A stretch of 64,000 nucleotides of DNA, taken from NCBI GenBank assembly GCA_030265395.1, contig JARFYF010000002.1:51963238-52027237 (forward strand). Direction: 5' to 3'. Shown piece after piece: positions 13,131 to 29,600 of this stretch. The stretch comes from Rhina ancylostomus (taxonomy: Eukaryota). Each line of letters starts with the position of its first letter. Positions within the stretch are counted from its first letter, which is position 1. The notes under the pieces were generated by a model. That model saw only the letters and a program-made list of their open reading frames with translations, was not told where the DNA came from and ran no database searches. The position numbers were made by a program, and so were the translations under genes.

Positions 13131-16049
13131 TCTATGCTTCTTCTATTCCTATACTTAATCACAAGCTGGCAGTTGTTATAAAAAAATTATGAATTTTTAC
13201 TGCTATTCTACTGGAAGAAGAAATGATAAAATCCTTTACTTATAGCAACATGTTATTTTGCAGCTGGCAGCTATTTAAGGGAACTTTGAAGCTTGTTCAT
13301 TACCTGAGCAATTGTCACAGAAATTCTTGATATGTTCTACTGTAAGCATTCTTATCCAACACACAGGTAAGTCAAAGGTTGCATAAACAAATGACTCATT
13401 TCCTGTCTGGCTACCTGTTTAAATAGTAAAATTGTAATAGCGAGAAAGAAAGAATTGAGCAATCCAGAGATTAATCTGCTTGGGTTTTTCTTTGAACAAA
13501 CTAATGCAGTCCTTTAAACAAGGATGAATCAAAGCTTAAGGGAAAAATGTTCAAAGTTAAATACAGCAATTATAAGATGGTGGGGTTTTTAATCTTTTAG
13601 TGCACAGTATTCACACGCTCTTAAGAAGTACTTCCAAGAGGGAGTGCCAGACACTTTCACTTTAAAAAAAAGCACCTATGCTGTAATAGTACTTACTTGG
13701 AAGCAGATAATGGAAAAAAATTGTTAATGACATGTGAAGTTGAAAAGGTCACCTGTCAACAGATGGAAGACTGATTCTTTAGTCACACTGGAAATTGTGA
13801 CATTTTATGAATATAGTATATTGTCAATCTCATTCAGACTTGCAAGTCCATGACACTGTGATTGCAATATCTAGCTCCTGCCTTAAAAAATGACATTGAA
13901 AAACTGCAATGTAAATGAAATCAGCAGAAAATGAAACTGAAATACACTTTCAAAGAGAGGAAAATGAGATGTAATGCGCTGTGGTGACACTCTACATTAG
14001 TATCAGCCCACACAAGTGGCAGCCATCAGCCAGAACAATATTTGGTGCACAATTTGAAATAATTACTAAGTAGAATATATGGATCTACCTTCGACACAAA
14101 TAAAGAGGCTGAGAGAACAAGTTTCCAGGCTACCTGTTTTACCAGAGATTGGCAGTATGCAGCCATGAATGCCAGTTCTAATCCAAATCTCACCAGCAGA
14201 ATATGGTGGCATTTGCTCCCATCTGCTAAAGAGAAAAGAAGGCAGCTGTGCTTGGACCAAGACCGGAATTCAGGATCCAAGGTCTGTTCTTCAGAAAATG
14301 TCAGCCCTGATTCTAACCGCAAATTCAGCCGGACACAGAGAGGACAGGTCATGTGATGAAGTGGGAGTCAAAGCTTGGTATTCACCTTCCTCATCTTGCA
14401 GTCAACCTGGCTTCATTTTTAGGGGTACAGACTAAAGCACATAAAAGACCTTTGTTGCAGGCCGGTCATTATATGCTGAACTTGATAAAAACTTACCTTC
14501 ACATGTAAAGGTAAATAATGAGCTACATATATTTTCTGCTACTGTTCTCACATGTGACATTAACTCCCTAAATCCAGAAGTGGCATATTTTGTCTAATTA
14601 TTGCAGGTTCCTACTTCATAGCAGATTGCCTAATGGATCATTTGCATGTAATGAGTTTCTAAATATCATCTAAATGGATCTAGAGCCATTTGCAGTTCTA
14701 CATTCTTGCCTATTACACATGGGAGCTGCAGAAATCCTGAGCAATCATTCATTGCCTATTTATTGATGTTGGTACTTAAACTGCAGGAAGCCAATAGTCT
14801 TTTGCTCTGAAATGCACTCTTCACAGAAAGTACTGGCACGAGTCAGGGAGGAGGTTACATACAGTATGGGGGATGCTGCCATGAGGATGCAAATGCAGAA
14901 GATGGCAGACATGCTGCTGAGGTAGGAGAGGGATATGACTATTTTTGGTGAGTACCTTACTTATTTCTGATTCAGACCTTACATTACAAAGCACACTCCC
15001 AAAACACACAGAATGGATAATAGCTGTGTCATTGTATGTTTTTGTATGTAATTCCTGAATCTGTAACAGCCTTCCTGGATATTATGCACATAAAAAAGTA
15101 GCAGGCCCTAGAGATTACAGGTGCTTGACCACCTATGAGAAGGCCATGTGTGACAGCAAACAGCAGGAGATGGAGAATCTGGAGACCTCCCTCAAGCTTG
15201 AGGTTAGTTCTTTTCTGGTAATCACTTATTTGCCTGTTTGCTCATACACAGGTATACATACATCTTTGAAACCTTATAAGCAATGTTTTACAATATGTGA
15301 GCATGTTTGAAACCAGCATTGTGTTTTTCTTCTGCTTTTATAGGTTGAAAAGGAAAATGTCAATGCCCTGGAGTAATCCAAAACCTTACTGCACCCTGCA
15401 GATATGACCATTGTAAAACTAGTATAATATATTTCAGAGATTATATACACAATGAAATTATTGTCAATAGGCTTCACATCATACAGCTCAGAATGTTTTG
15501 CAGTTCTGGCTGGGAATGTCCAATACACGTACCTGTCCAATGCAGGAACGTTTCCCTTGATTGCAGTTTACAGAGAAGCATGTGGCAGCCCACTGAAATG
15601 TGCCAGTCCTAAACAATAATCTCTTGCGAATGCACTGACTGCTACTTAGGGTCTGATTCTTGTCCTCAACCACAATTCCCTCTAGAGGAGTTCTAAATTA
15701 TGATGACAAGCTTGATGTTATTGTTTTGCTTTTTGCTATTTTCCTTGTTCTACTTTTGATTTTTATTGGGGTGGGGGGGCAGGGTTGATGTTTTGTCATT
15801 TTTTTATCCAATGCATTACTATACATAATTCCTTTCTTTTAATGTTTCCTCTTTAAATGAACACCACCTGGCTGTACATTATCAAATTGTCCTACCCAGG
15901 CTTTTTCCACACTGGCTCTCATGCTGACATACAGTCATTCATGATCATTATCCGATGGCCAGCCACTGCCTCCTTCTGGCAGCCTACCTGCATTCAGGAT
16001 TTTATCATTGGTAGAATCCCCATTACAATTAATAGGTTCCTGGCCTTGC

Positions 16050-16340
16050 ATCCAGTCCAGGAACATGAGTTCAAAATCCCAACATGGCAACTTGGGAGGT
16101 TAAATTCAAATAATTATATAAATCTGGAATCAAAGCTGAAATCAGTTATAGTAATCGTGAAATCACTGAATTGTTGTTAAATACTCACTAATCTTCGAGG
16201 GAGGAAATCTTTGATTCTTACCATTCCATCTCTTTATCTACTAATGTGGTTCCCTCTTAACTAACTCCTTGCTTCTGATGATTGAGGACAGATAATAAAT
16301 GATACACTTGCCAGTGACATTCACATCTCACAAACAAATG
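16050..16340 (+). mobile_element. Old elasmobranch tRNA-derived SINE
   Basis: atgagttcaaaatcccaacatggca ... aatctggaat ... ggaggaaatct ... cttgccagtgacattcacatc; homologous to 19020-19350 (-) and 32100-32380 (+). Confidence 0.6.
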
Positions 16341-18152
16341 CATATATAAAAAATAATGACACTGTGTTGATACGCTACCATGAAATAAGAATCTGCAATC
16401 ATAAACTTTTTTAGCTTTCCAATACTGGAAACCTTGTTTTCTGTGCATTTTTAAAGAGACACACAATGAGAAAAATCTTGACATTTATTTAATCTGATCC
16501 ATTCACATCTGAAACTGATGTTGCTCCATATATAATGATATAGATCACACATTATGTCCAGGTGTCTTTAAACATTCTGCAGCTGATGTGTGCTGTTCAA
16601 ATGCTAAGTCTGTCATGTTTTAGTTTTAGAGAGGTTTCCTGATCCTTTAATAACACAACTGGAGTCTGGCCCGCCTAAGGCAGGTGCTCAGGCACAGGCT
16701 TCAGGACAGAGTATTTGTATTTGCGCTAGGAATAAGTACAGCTCTGAAATTATCTCTATAGGCATGCAAAGAAAACTTATTGCAGTTGATTTCATAATTC
16801 TGCAATTCCAATGAGAAATGATCCTTTCAAAGAACTTGCAGAATTGTGAATGTGCAATTCCTGAACTTTTTTGTATATAATGGTTCATGGAACACTAGGC
16901 AGAGCTTGCAAACACTATTAACCACTGGAATTACTCTTGCAATTTTCTAATGATGCAGTATTGCTCAAATATATCTCATACGTTATCAGTATACTGCAAA
17001 AGTCTCATTTGAAGCACAGCTAATATTAATATAGTTTTAACTGTATAAAGATATTAATGAGGATATAGATATTTATTTGTTTCCATCTCAGTAACTCTAC
17101 AAAGCAGGCCAATTTATAATTGTCTCATATGTTCAGATTTATTATAATGATCTGCAGTATCATGAAAGCTGTTAAATTAAACTTTCCTAGCTTGCAATGA
17201 TTTTTTAGGATTAAGTCAGGTACTCTGTAGAATTGTTTGAGCAAGCTATGTTCCTCTGCTCAAGATTACTTCTCAAAATATTTAAAAACATAATTATAAT
17301 TTGGGCATTACAGGTGACAGGGGTGTCTATCACCTTTTCCAACTGTCCATTATTTTCTTGCAAACCTTTACAAGTGCCAGCAATGACTCCATGTAGAGGG
17401 TATCACATGCACTCAGTAACAAACACTCAGTCATAATTAGGGTTTAATCCAAGAGCATTGCATCTACTTGTACAAGAGCATTGCATCCTGACATTGCCAA
17501 GATCATCCTTTTTAAAAATTATATGAATAGAAGTTTCCCAGCTGCTATGGTGGAATTTGAACTCATGTCTAGGATGCAAGATATGTTACAACAATGAGCA
17601 TAGATTGTTGATACTTGTCAGTATGGCTCAAAGATAGAAATATCACCCAACCTCTAGAAGTATCGATATAATAATTCTAGAAAAAAATTTGCTAATTATT
17701 GTTCATAGAATATGAAACCCAACATTGATGAATATTTTAGCTCTTGTCATAGTTATATCAGAACAGGTTGTGGTCAGGTAGTATTTGACCTCTTTACTTA
17801 GCATTCAGCTATTGTATAAATGAAATTGAACTTGAATAGAATATCATGATTTACTGAGGTCCAGAGCACATTGATTTGAAAATGATGTTAGGTGAGCTAA
17901 TGTCTCATTCAGTCTCCTATCTGAACACAATGAAGTATTAAGGTGGAAAAGGACATGATTTGTTGAAACTACTCAGTGGAGGAGTTTGTTTATTCCTAAA
18001 AACCATTACATGTGATCAAGTTTTAATTTAATGCCATTTTTTGATTCAGAAGAAAGACAACAGAAGTCTTCTTGCATTTTAATGGAAAATCCAGAAATAT
18101 CCTGAGCCATTGATAAATGATAAATTATCTTCAAAATTTTGACTCTTAGTCA

Positions 18153-18335
<183 letters not shown>

Positions 18336-19019
18336 TTACTTCTCAATTGGTTATCATCTGCTATGTTTCCATCAACAACAATTGCATAAACTATTTTGTA
18401 ACATTGTAATGAAATGATTCTGAATAACCGAGAGTGCATACACTGGTTATTACAATCCCAAAGTCAGTATTTATGAAAGTGATCTCTGGCTGAAATATGA
18501 TATTTTAAAACAACGTTCTCTGGATTAATGTTGATGAGCATCTGCTTTGCTTGCAACTTTGCTTACACATAAAGCAAGTATTGTGGAGACCAATGATAAG
18601 TTTGTAAATCTTAAAGTTAAAATATTGAGACAAGGAACTAGCTTTATTAAGTAAAGAAATGTTCCATGTGTTGCAGCACTATCTTGTGCCATCCTTTATA
18701 AATTCAGATTTGCTTTTGTTTATCAATATGAAATCTGAAATTGTGATGGCGTAACACAACATTAAATTCCATTAATCAGTTTACTTGGAAGTATGTCAAG
18801 TTGTTTTTAAGATGCAGACATTTAAAGAGGTTTCATCAAAAAGAAATGTTAATGGAAAAATATTCTGCCATTTTTGAAAGCCTTTTGGTGGAATACAGGA
18901 ATGAAGGGCAACGGCTAAAATATTAATCTTCATGCATCTAGGGAAGTGTTTCCATTTACAGTATTTGTCAAATGATATAAATTGTCAAAGTGCATTTTCA
19001 AAAACCTATTAGTTGTCAG

Positions 19020-19350
19020 AATACGCATGTTGCTGATAATGCCAGCATTTATTGTCCACCCCTAATTGCCCCTGAACTGAGGAGACAGTTGTGAGTCAAC
19101 CACTTGCAGACCAGATCAAGAAAGGATAGTGGATTTCACTCCCTGAAGGTCATCAGGTGTTTACGATAATCCGGTAGTTACACAGTCCCCATTACACATA
19201 CTAGTCCTTTTTTTAAGTTCCATTTTTTGTTTAATTACATGAATGATTACATGAATTTAATTGCATGAATTAATTACATGGTGAAATTTGAACTCATGTC
19301 GAGGATGCTGGCTGCTACACTAGTGACTTAACCACTATGCTACCATACTC
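19020..19350 (-). mobile_element. Old elasmobranch tRNA-derived SINE
   Basis: gccagcatttattgtccacccctaattgccc ... aaatttgaactcatgtc ... taaccactatgctacc is the reverse complement of the family at 16050 and 32100. Confidence 0.6.
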
Positions 19351-19654
19351 CTAGTATGCCATTGTACCCCTATGTATTCATGCTATTGCTATTGGTAATA
19401 CTTTAACCCAAAATTGAGTTTATTTTGCAATATAGATATTTTAAAACAAGCCTCTTGCCTTTTCAAAATCTGGAATAGTACGGCTTTCTTTCTCTCTTGA
19501 TGGAAGTGGCTGATACAGGAGACAAGAGCAAAGATTTCTCATGCTCTGGCTGAGATATTTAAATCTTCGCTGGACACGTGAGGTAGCAGATGACCCATAT
19601 TTGAGAAAGGCAGCAGGGAACAGCCTGGTTTCTATAAACTGTGATCTTAACATC

Positions 19655-20870
19655 AGTGGTAGGGAAGATATTGGAAAAAATTCTGAGGGGCGGGGTTAAT
19701 AATTGCTTGGAAAGGCAAGGACAGCCAACATGGCTTTGTCAAGGCCAGATTCTGCTTGGCCAATTTAAGAGATAACAAATTGTATCAATGATGTGATTTA
19801 CATGGACTTTAACAAAGTCTTTGACAAGTTCCCACATGGGAGATTGGTTTAAAATGTTAGGGCCCATGGGATTCAGGACAAGTTGGCAAACTGGATCCAA
19901 CATTGGCTTGACAATGGAATGCAGAGGATGATGGTAGAAAGTTGTTTTCGTGATTGGATGCCTGCGACTATTCGTGTCCCAGCAGGATCAGTGCTGCGAC
20001 CTTTGCTGTTGCTAATATACGTGAATAATTTGCATGGAATGATCACTAAGTTCATGAATGACACAAAGAATGGTGTAGTTGTTGATAGTATGGAAGGAAG
20101 TCTCAGGCTGCAAGAGATATTGATGTGTTGGTGAAATGGGCTGAAAATGGTCGATTAATTTTAATCCAGACAATGTGAGGTGATGCATTTTGGGAGTACT
20201 CATGATGCTGGGTATACATGCAGCATGACTACTGGAGCTTGAAGGTGGCAGCACAGATAATGTAGTCAGGAAGGCATATGGGATACTGGCTTTCATTTGT
20301 TGGGGCACTGAACACAGAAGAAGAGGGGTATGCTCCAACTTCATAAAACCTTGTTCAGGCCTCAGCTGGAGTACTGCATGCAGTTCTGGTCACCATGCTA
20401 CATGAAGGATAAAATAGTGCTGGAGAGAGTGCTGAGGAAATTCAGCAGGACGTTGCCTAGGATAGAGCAGGTCAGTTCTGAGGAGAGACTGGAGAAGCTA
20501 GGTCTGTTCTCCCTGGAGTGTAGGATATTAAGAGGGGACATAAATGAGGTATGTAAAATTGATAGGGTAGACTGTAGGAATGTTTTTCTCATATTGGAAG
20601 TACGTAAAAGTAGAGGACATAGGTTTAGAGTTGGAGGGACGAGATTTAGAGGGGCTATTAGGGGACATTATTAACCCAGAGAGTGGTAAGTACCTGAATG
20701 CACTGTCTGAAAAGGTGGTTGAAGTTGGGTTGATGATAGCATTTAAGAAGTGTCTAGATCAGCATTTGAATTGCTTAGGCTCAGAAGGCTATGGACCAAG
20801 TGCTAGGAGATGGGATTAAAATGGAAAGGGTGCCCACTGGTTGTTTCCATGCTGTATGATTCTATGACTC
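19655..20870 (+). mobile_element. Decayed 5'-truncated CR1 LINE (RT to 3' end), frameshifted
   Basis: YMDFNKVFDKFPHG-like motif, WIQHWL...VPAGSVLRPLLLLIYVNNL, MLQLHKTLFRPQLEYCMQFWSP, and tail ctgtatgattctatgactcta. Confidence 0.92.
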
Positions 20871-21539
20871 TACACATTTTAAGTGCTCATCTGATAAGTG
20901 AAGTTGGATTCAGATGCCTTAATTTAATTGCCTGATTAATGATAGTATTCTTGTGAATATTTTAAATCAATTAAGTTGTAGCTGAAGTTGGCAAATTATT
21001 CATATAATGTAATTGATGCTTTTGAAAATATAGTGAAGTCAACATTAATCAGTTGTTATATGATCAGAATATATTTGAGGGAAATTGTGCACTTTGAAAC
21101 TGTAATTTGTAGCACCCCAAACAAGAGAAAGGAGGGTCAAGTCACCATGCTAGTGGGTTCCTTATTTACCAAGTGTTGTGCAAAGTAGTGTAAAGAACCT
21201 GAAAGCCTATCAGCACATGGTGTGGTGACTAAGTCCCTAATAATTTTGGCAGTCTTATAAGAACGCTAGTTGTTGTGGTGTAGGAGGAAGCAACTTTAGC
21301 CTGCTCACTTAGTTGTAATTATCTTGGAAAGAAAAACAACAACAAGGCCACAAGGTTCTCCAATGCAAGGTTACATTTCCTCAAGAGAAAAAAAGAAATT
21401 AGGAATAATGACAGAAGAAATGTTCCAGTTGCTTTGTGTAGCAAGATCCTAACTATTTTTTCAAATGATTTATGATGTCAGTGCATATGGTGACCAGAAA
21501 ATTTCTTCCCTCAATAGAGTGCATTTTCTAACTTTAGTC

Positions 21540-21730
21540 AACTTTTACCTCTCAGTCAATAGCACTAAAACTGATGATGTGTCATTAAAACATTTCTATT
21601 TGTGGGAGCTTGCAGTGGACAAATTGGCTGCCATGTTTTCTACTTTGCAACAATAAATATGCTTTACAAGTACTTCATTAGCTCTCAAGTGCTTTTCGGC
21701 AACTTGAAGCTATGAAAAGTATAATTTCAA
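21540..21730 (+). mobile_element. Deu-SINE 3' remnant
   Basis: tttgtgggagcttgcagtggacaaattggctgccatgttttctac ... aagtacttcattagct. Confidence 0.6.
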
Positions 21731-22644
21731 TACCATTTTATTTTCTTTTCAAATTAAAGTTGAACAAAAAATAGTTTTATACTTGGATCTGAAGACATTG
21801 CATAAAATTCATCCTTATTTCCTTTTGCTAAATGCACAACATTGTAGCAGATGTGAATTGAGTTCCACTTCCAATATTCAGTTTCATTAACTTCAGCAGA
21901 GCTAAGTTTTGGAAGCTGAATACAACACACAGCCACCATTATATTGTGCATTTCATGCATGCAGCAAGGAGATATTTCCAACTCATTATATTTATATAGC
22001 AAAGGCAAAATACTTTGCATGCTGGAAATATGAAGTAAGTAGAAGTAAATGTTGAAAATGCTCAGCAGCAGGCAGAGGCATTTGACAGAAACAGAGTTAG
22101 CATTTCAGCTCAGTGATCTTTCATCACTATACGACTTGTTCTGGTACTTTTAAAAAACACCTTATCACATGCTCAGGATCCCGTTTTCAACTGAATGCTC
22201 TAGCCACTTACAACTACAGTAAATAATAATGTGCAAATGTTAATGACATTAATCTTTAAAATTAATAATATCAGTGTTGAGAATGCTTTAGGTAGAGGAG
22301 GGCCAAAATGATCTTGATTTCAAACCTAACCAACACTGTAGGATAATGTAATTAATTGTTTATATATAAAACTAATGCAATTTAGAAAAGGGTTAGCGTA
22401 AAACTCCTTTAGACTTAGTAAGTACTAAGTAATGATCGGCATTATGCAGTCAATAGTAAAACAATGGTATTTGCTGCTGACCACAAAGGAAATTGCCCAC
22501 AAAGATCTAGTGATATCTGTGGCATTTATTTCCTCTTTCCAATATTGGGTGCTGTTAGGCATTTGCTCAAGGGGGATGTCTAGCATCAAGAAGGTTGAAC
22601 AGCCAATCATCTTGAAGAAGTCTTTAAGGCAACAAACCAGGAAG

Positions 22645-22850
22645 AAAATAAAACAGCAGATGCTGAAATCTGAAGCAAATGGTGCTGGAAACATCCAGCA
22701 TGTCAGGCAGCATGTGTGGAAGGTGAAACAAAACTAATGTTTCAAGTTGATGATTAGTCTGTGGTTAGTACATAAACTCTGTTTCTCTTTCCACAGATGC
22801 AGCCTGATCTGCTGTGTGTTCCCAGCATTTCCTGTCTTGTTTCAGCAGAA
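22645..22850. repeat. Short inverted-repeat element derived from a Penelope terminal repeat
   Basis: The left arm gctggaaacatccagcatgtcaggcagcatgtgtggaaggtgaaaca is imperfectly complementary to the right arm tgtttctctttccacagatgcagcctgatctgctgtgtgttcccagc. Confidence 0.7.
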
Positions 22851-25800
22851 AATTGTGTTTAATTATTTTTAAATATTTACAGGGGTTAAAATAAAGCTAC
22901 ACATGAGATCAAGATGGAAACTGACAAACAATAAAGAAACTACCCAAAAAATCAGCTTAATCATTTTAAAATCCATTATAGTTTGCATATGTACCTACAG
23001 TCACAATTTTTTCGGGTCATTTACATTGTTAAGTGGCAATTTAATGGTACCCCATTAAAAACTCACATTGACCTCACATACTATTTTATTTCTAGAATAA
23101 TTTTCAAATGCCTGAAGTTGTTATGAAGCCTGTGCTGGAATAAATTGAAAACAGTGCACTACACAGAGCAGAGAATCGCTGGCAGCAATATCTGGATTTC
23201 CAATCTTAACTCCACAAGTCTGTAGTCTAGTGGCTACTGTCTGTTTCATAGTGTTAGGATGTTAATTGCAGAAGTTGTAATAGTTATTGCAATGCAAGAT
23301 GGAGTTCATTAATTATAATAATGGAAAACTTATAAAAGTGTGAAAAATTATTTCATAACTCCCCATTTGGTCATTTATGTTGATCTTTATCTTACTTCAG
23401 AATTAATTTGGTTATTTTCACAATCTGGTCTATTGGGAGTAAAATTAGAAACATGGAATGTTTGGTTGCAATAAAATCACAATTTGCAAATTACTAACTG
23501 TGAAGGTTAGGTAGTAAAGTATTATATTTTGACTTTTTGTAGCAAAGCCTGCTTAAAATCGTGTGACTAATTAAAAGGATTTTTAAAATAATATTTCAAA
23601 AATCACAGGTTAATTTATTTAATAATAATCCACACTGCTGTGTATAGGACACTTATCAAATATCAAAGCAGGTAAACCTTTTATAATAATATACTGTACA
23701 TGCACCCAAATAACAAAAATTGGTTGGAAAAATTATTCCATGGCAATGACATCATGAAATTGCCTATGTTAGGAAATATATTTATTTCATAAATAGAGCA
23801 GACTTATAATTCAACAATTTGTATTTATAAAGAATTGGATCAATAAAAATATTCTGATCTATTTAATCTGACTAAAATTAATGTTGAGATAAGCTGTGGA
23901 TATTAGTATTAGTGAACAAAGGTGTTAAGTTTTAAATAAAATTATAGTCAAGGAAGCAGACATTTTTAAGAGGCATTCCTAGTGTGTGGAAATTATTCTA
24001 AGATGGTTCAAAGGATATCTGCAATTGAGCCCAGAATTCTGAAGTAGTATGTTTGTTCAAGCATTCTGGATGGGTGAGTGAAATTGCAGGTGGGGTGACT
24101 AGTTGCTTGAAGGGTTACATTTCAATGTTAGAGGAAGGGAATGATACCATCTGCTTTGAATTTGAGGGGATATATGCCACCATATTTAAAATATCAGCAA
24201 GTATTGATGCCAGGAAAGGTCAGTAGTTCAGTGGAAATTTGGGGCAAAAGAGCAGGAATTGTGGACAAAATAAGCTTGAAAGGGGAATCTTGGGAGAAAT
24301 TAGGGGATGAAAGATGCCTTACCAATGATAAAACAATTATAGAAAAAGAGCCTGTTGAAAATGTCATGATTATATAAATGGTTCTGAAAGGACAGCTTTT
24401 GCAGAGGAAAAGGCATCCATAATGCAAAGTGTAAAGCAAGTATTTATTGTTGAATGTATGACAAAGTCTAAGAGGATAGTAATCAGCTTGGTAATTGATG
24501 AGACAAGAAAGAATGTAACACAGAAACTGTTGTTAAATGGCCAATTTGCATCATATACACAAAGCCCAGAAATTTAATGCAGTCTTAAATTAAATCCACT
24601 TTTTTGGGAAAGGAAACAGTAAATGCTAACAATGAATGTTTCAAAACTATTAAGCTTCGCTGAAATTTCCAGTACTATAGGTACACAATATCTGCGATTC
24701 ATTTAGAGAATGAATTAAAATGATTTCCACCTGCCCATGTAATGGCATCATTCCAATGCTATGTACAGTAGTAGATATTTCCCATATGTGCAATATTTAT
24801 TTTCAAATGTGTGAAAAATCAGCACAAGTAAGACATGTTAAACATCAGATGCAGGGTTGACTTATCAAATGCAGACATTCTATCAGGGCCTAACAATCTT
24901 TTAATTAATCAGAAAAATATGATGAAAAATGCTACATGCTTCGCGGAGTACATGTCAAGGTAAGTACCTACAATCTAATAGTTGACCATTTTAAAGGACT
25001 ATTCAATTACAGGCATGAAGTCAACATTCCTCCTCAAATCAATGCAACCAACACAAAATGGATTAAATATGCTCACTTCCTGTGATCTTAATGTGTGTAA
25101 CCTACGATATCTGTTTAGTAACTATAACTGTGGTTCAGAAGTAATTCTCTGGTTTCCAATCATTTTGATACAGCCTTAATTTTTGAATTATTGAAATGCA
25201 AATTTTATTTGTTTAATTTGGAATCTGAAGGTCTGAGTCAAGAATATATATTGGTCATCATCTTTCAACTAAACTGATAGAGATGATCATTTATGTCCAC
25301 ATCAGGGATAAGCAATAATTGATTCTATTACTGTCTACAAATTTAGTACCTGATGTTAGCATTTCTCCAAATAAGTGTATCCATAAGACTGAAATATGAC
25401 TATTTTTCTAGATGTATGTTTTATTCATTATAGATAAATGGATGTATGTTAACTATTTGTATTATCATTAAAGTGTCTTGTTTAATTCTATACAGTGGCT
25501 CCACAATTTGTAAAATGCTGCAGGGATATCAGAAAAAGAAATGGATTGTATCAACAAAGCCCTGTACCTTTTGAGTAGGCATTCCCACATATGTAATAAG
25601 TTAGATATGCAATTGTTACTCATTTCCATAGCAGTTAGTGCAGCAATGCTTCAGGACAGGAAAAGGTGGGCGTAGTAAAGTGAGTCAATAAAACAGTCAT
25701 CGCTTTGCATCAGTACAGGGTTTTGTATGAACCAGTGAATGAATCAGAACAGACTGTTTCAAGCTGAATTACTGACTGTGCACTTGGTAGCTCCTAATGT

Positions 25801-27345
25801 CTCTATCTGATTTAAAGGACCAGCATGTTGTAGTAGAAAGCTTTCAACTTGTCCATATGTAAAAATTTAAACATTTAGCTTGATGAGTCAGTTACTTGAA
25901 CTTTTTCAATATTTTCAGTTTTCAAAAATCAGTGATCATCCAATGTGATCTCATTCCCTTTGTTCATTCTTTGGGCTTGTATATATGTGTTTAATAGTTT
26001 AATCTTCCATTTGTGTCAGCTGTTTGTGCACGTCTGCCTACTGTTTAGGGCCAGTTAATAGGTAACTCATTTCTAAGTGAATAAATGGTTNNNNNNNNNN
26101 NNNNNNNNNNNNNNNNNNNNNNNNNNNNNNNNNNNNNNNNNNNNNNNNNNNNNNNNNNNNNNNNNNNNNNNNNNNNNNNNNNNNNNNNNNTAAATGGTTT
26201 GAACACTCACTTCCTTATGTTCACACTGGCTGCAATCTGTTGGTGATTGCTCTCAGAATGTTCAGCAGAAATGGGATTCAATTAATGATCTTATCTCTTC
26301 ATCTCCCTCTTCTTGAACTGAATCTCACAAGACAAGTCTTGACTTAAAAATCTTTTGCAGCTCTTCCTGCCTTTGGCACACTCTGAGCTGGAAACAAACC
26401 TTCTGCTTCAAAGCAAAGCAGGGGTTTGTTCTGTGAAGAACATAAGAAAAAAGGGTCAAGTCTGTTTGGACATAATTACACTTCATCAAAAGAAGCTTTC
26501 TTCATCTCCCATGCGTGAAAAGCCTGCAAGCAGTTAGTTTTTTTTAAAGAAAAAAATGCTTTTTGGGAAACTAGCCAAGAGAAAAGCAAAACAGTAAAAC
26601 TGGGTACACCACTCCTTCATAATTTCTTTGAACTTTTGAACAATTTTTCAGGTACATTCAGTTAATGTGCCTGTATTTTGTATTGACTTTGAGTCTTTAA
26701 CTTCATACTTTTTAATGAAAGCAACATAAACTTGGCAACATCAAGATGTTTAGAATCCCTCTTTTCCTCCCTCTTTTTAGGATTACTTCTAGAAAAGTGT
26801 TGGCCATTCATTATTTGTCTATCATAGACAAAAACGAAAAGTTGACCATCAAGAATTAAAATGAAAGAGAATGTGTCACTTCTTTCATTTCTGTGATTCA
26901 GAACAGTGTAGTGCCTATAGTAACTTTGACGCGTTTGAACATTAAACTGGAGATAAATTGCAATGAGCATCTATAAAGAAGAGCTCTTACAATCTTGTCT
27001 TCAGCTCATCTCTCAATATATCCGCAAAAAGATAAGATTACTCACCTAAACCTAAGTGTGAACACAGCAGAGGAAATAGGAGAAAAGAAAAGCGAATAAA
27101 TAGCCACAATACTGGGACATTGAGAGGACAGACAACCAGATAAATAGATAACTTACCGAAAAGTAATTTTTCATCAGAATATGAATCAGATGGCGAGGAA
27201 GGCAGATGCATAAACGCGACTGTTATTGTTTAAAATCGAATTCAGTTAACAATTATTTCTATACCAGCATCAATGCTGGATGTTATCATGTTCCCGTGGT
27301 TTGAAAATACTGCACTTGGACCTCACACACAGGCTCATATTGTTA

Positions 27346-27540
<195 letters not shown>

Positions 27541-28386
27541 TCAGAGAGCAACACACACCATCATTACGGTGGGAGATAGCTCGCGGAGCATGGGATGGGG
27601 GAACTTCAGCCACAACCAGGGTTGACATTATGGCTCCTAAATAAGCCCCAATGATGTATATTGTCCCCTTCTGATCTCTTGATAAGTGGCAGATTTGTTT
27701 CCCCTTTTAATGCTTCTCAAACTAAAAATGTATTAACATCTCGACTTAAACTATGATGTACTTCGCTGCACAAAGAGCAGGATTGTTTGTTTGCTGGAAT
27801 GTGTGAATATTATCCAAACTATTTCACAATTTCTGTGACTTTATCTTCATAGCAACGGGCAATTCGGGGAATTGCATTTTCACAATTAATTCGCAACTTT
27901 TCAATCAGGTCTTTCTACAGAAATGAACTGATCCCATGCTACTAACAAACTACTGATACTAAAGTTTTTTTTTACAATTATGCGTACTGTTCAATAATCG
28001 ATACAACTACGCAACAATTAATAAATGCTCAGATTTCACCTCAAATAAAGATCTACAGACTGTCCAGTGCTCAGAAATAGGCGCAGGGTTAGAATAAGAC
28101 ATGAGTCGCATGCAATAGATAAAACGCTGCGCACTCACCAGTTTTATAGTCTTGATCGGTGTTAAAATATAATATGGAAGTTCAAAAAGTTGGTACTGTG
28201 TGCTCAGCAAACTAAAACGTTATACATTTAACATGAAATGCTTCCATTAGTAAAATGCACATTAAAAGCTGTCAGTATATGTTTAAGTGCAGTACTAGCT
28301 GCCGTAAATGTTACCCTTCATTTATTAAAATAGCATGTCTATCGTTCAATACAGTTTACAATATTTCCTTCCGACCCTTGTGCTTA

Positions 28387-29600
<1,214 letters not shown>

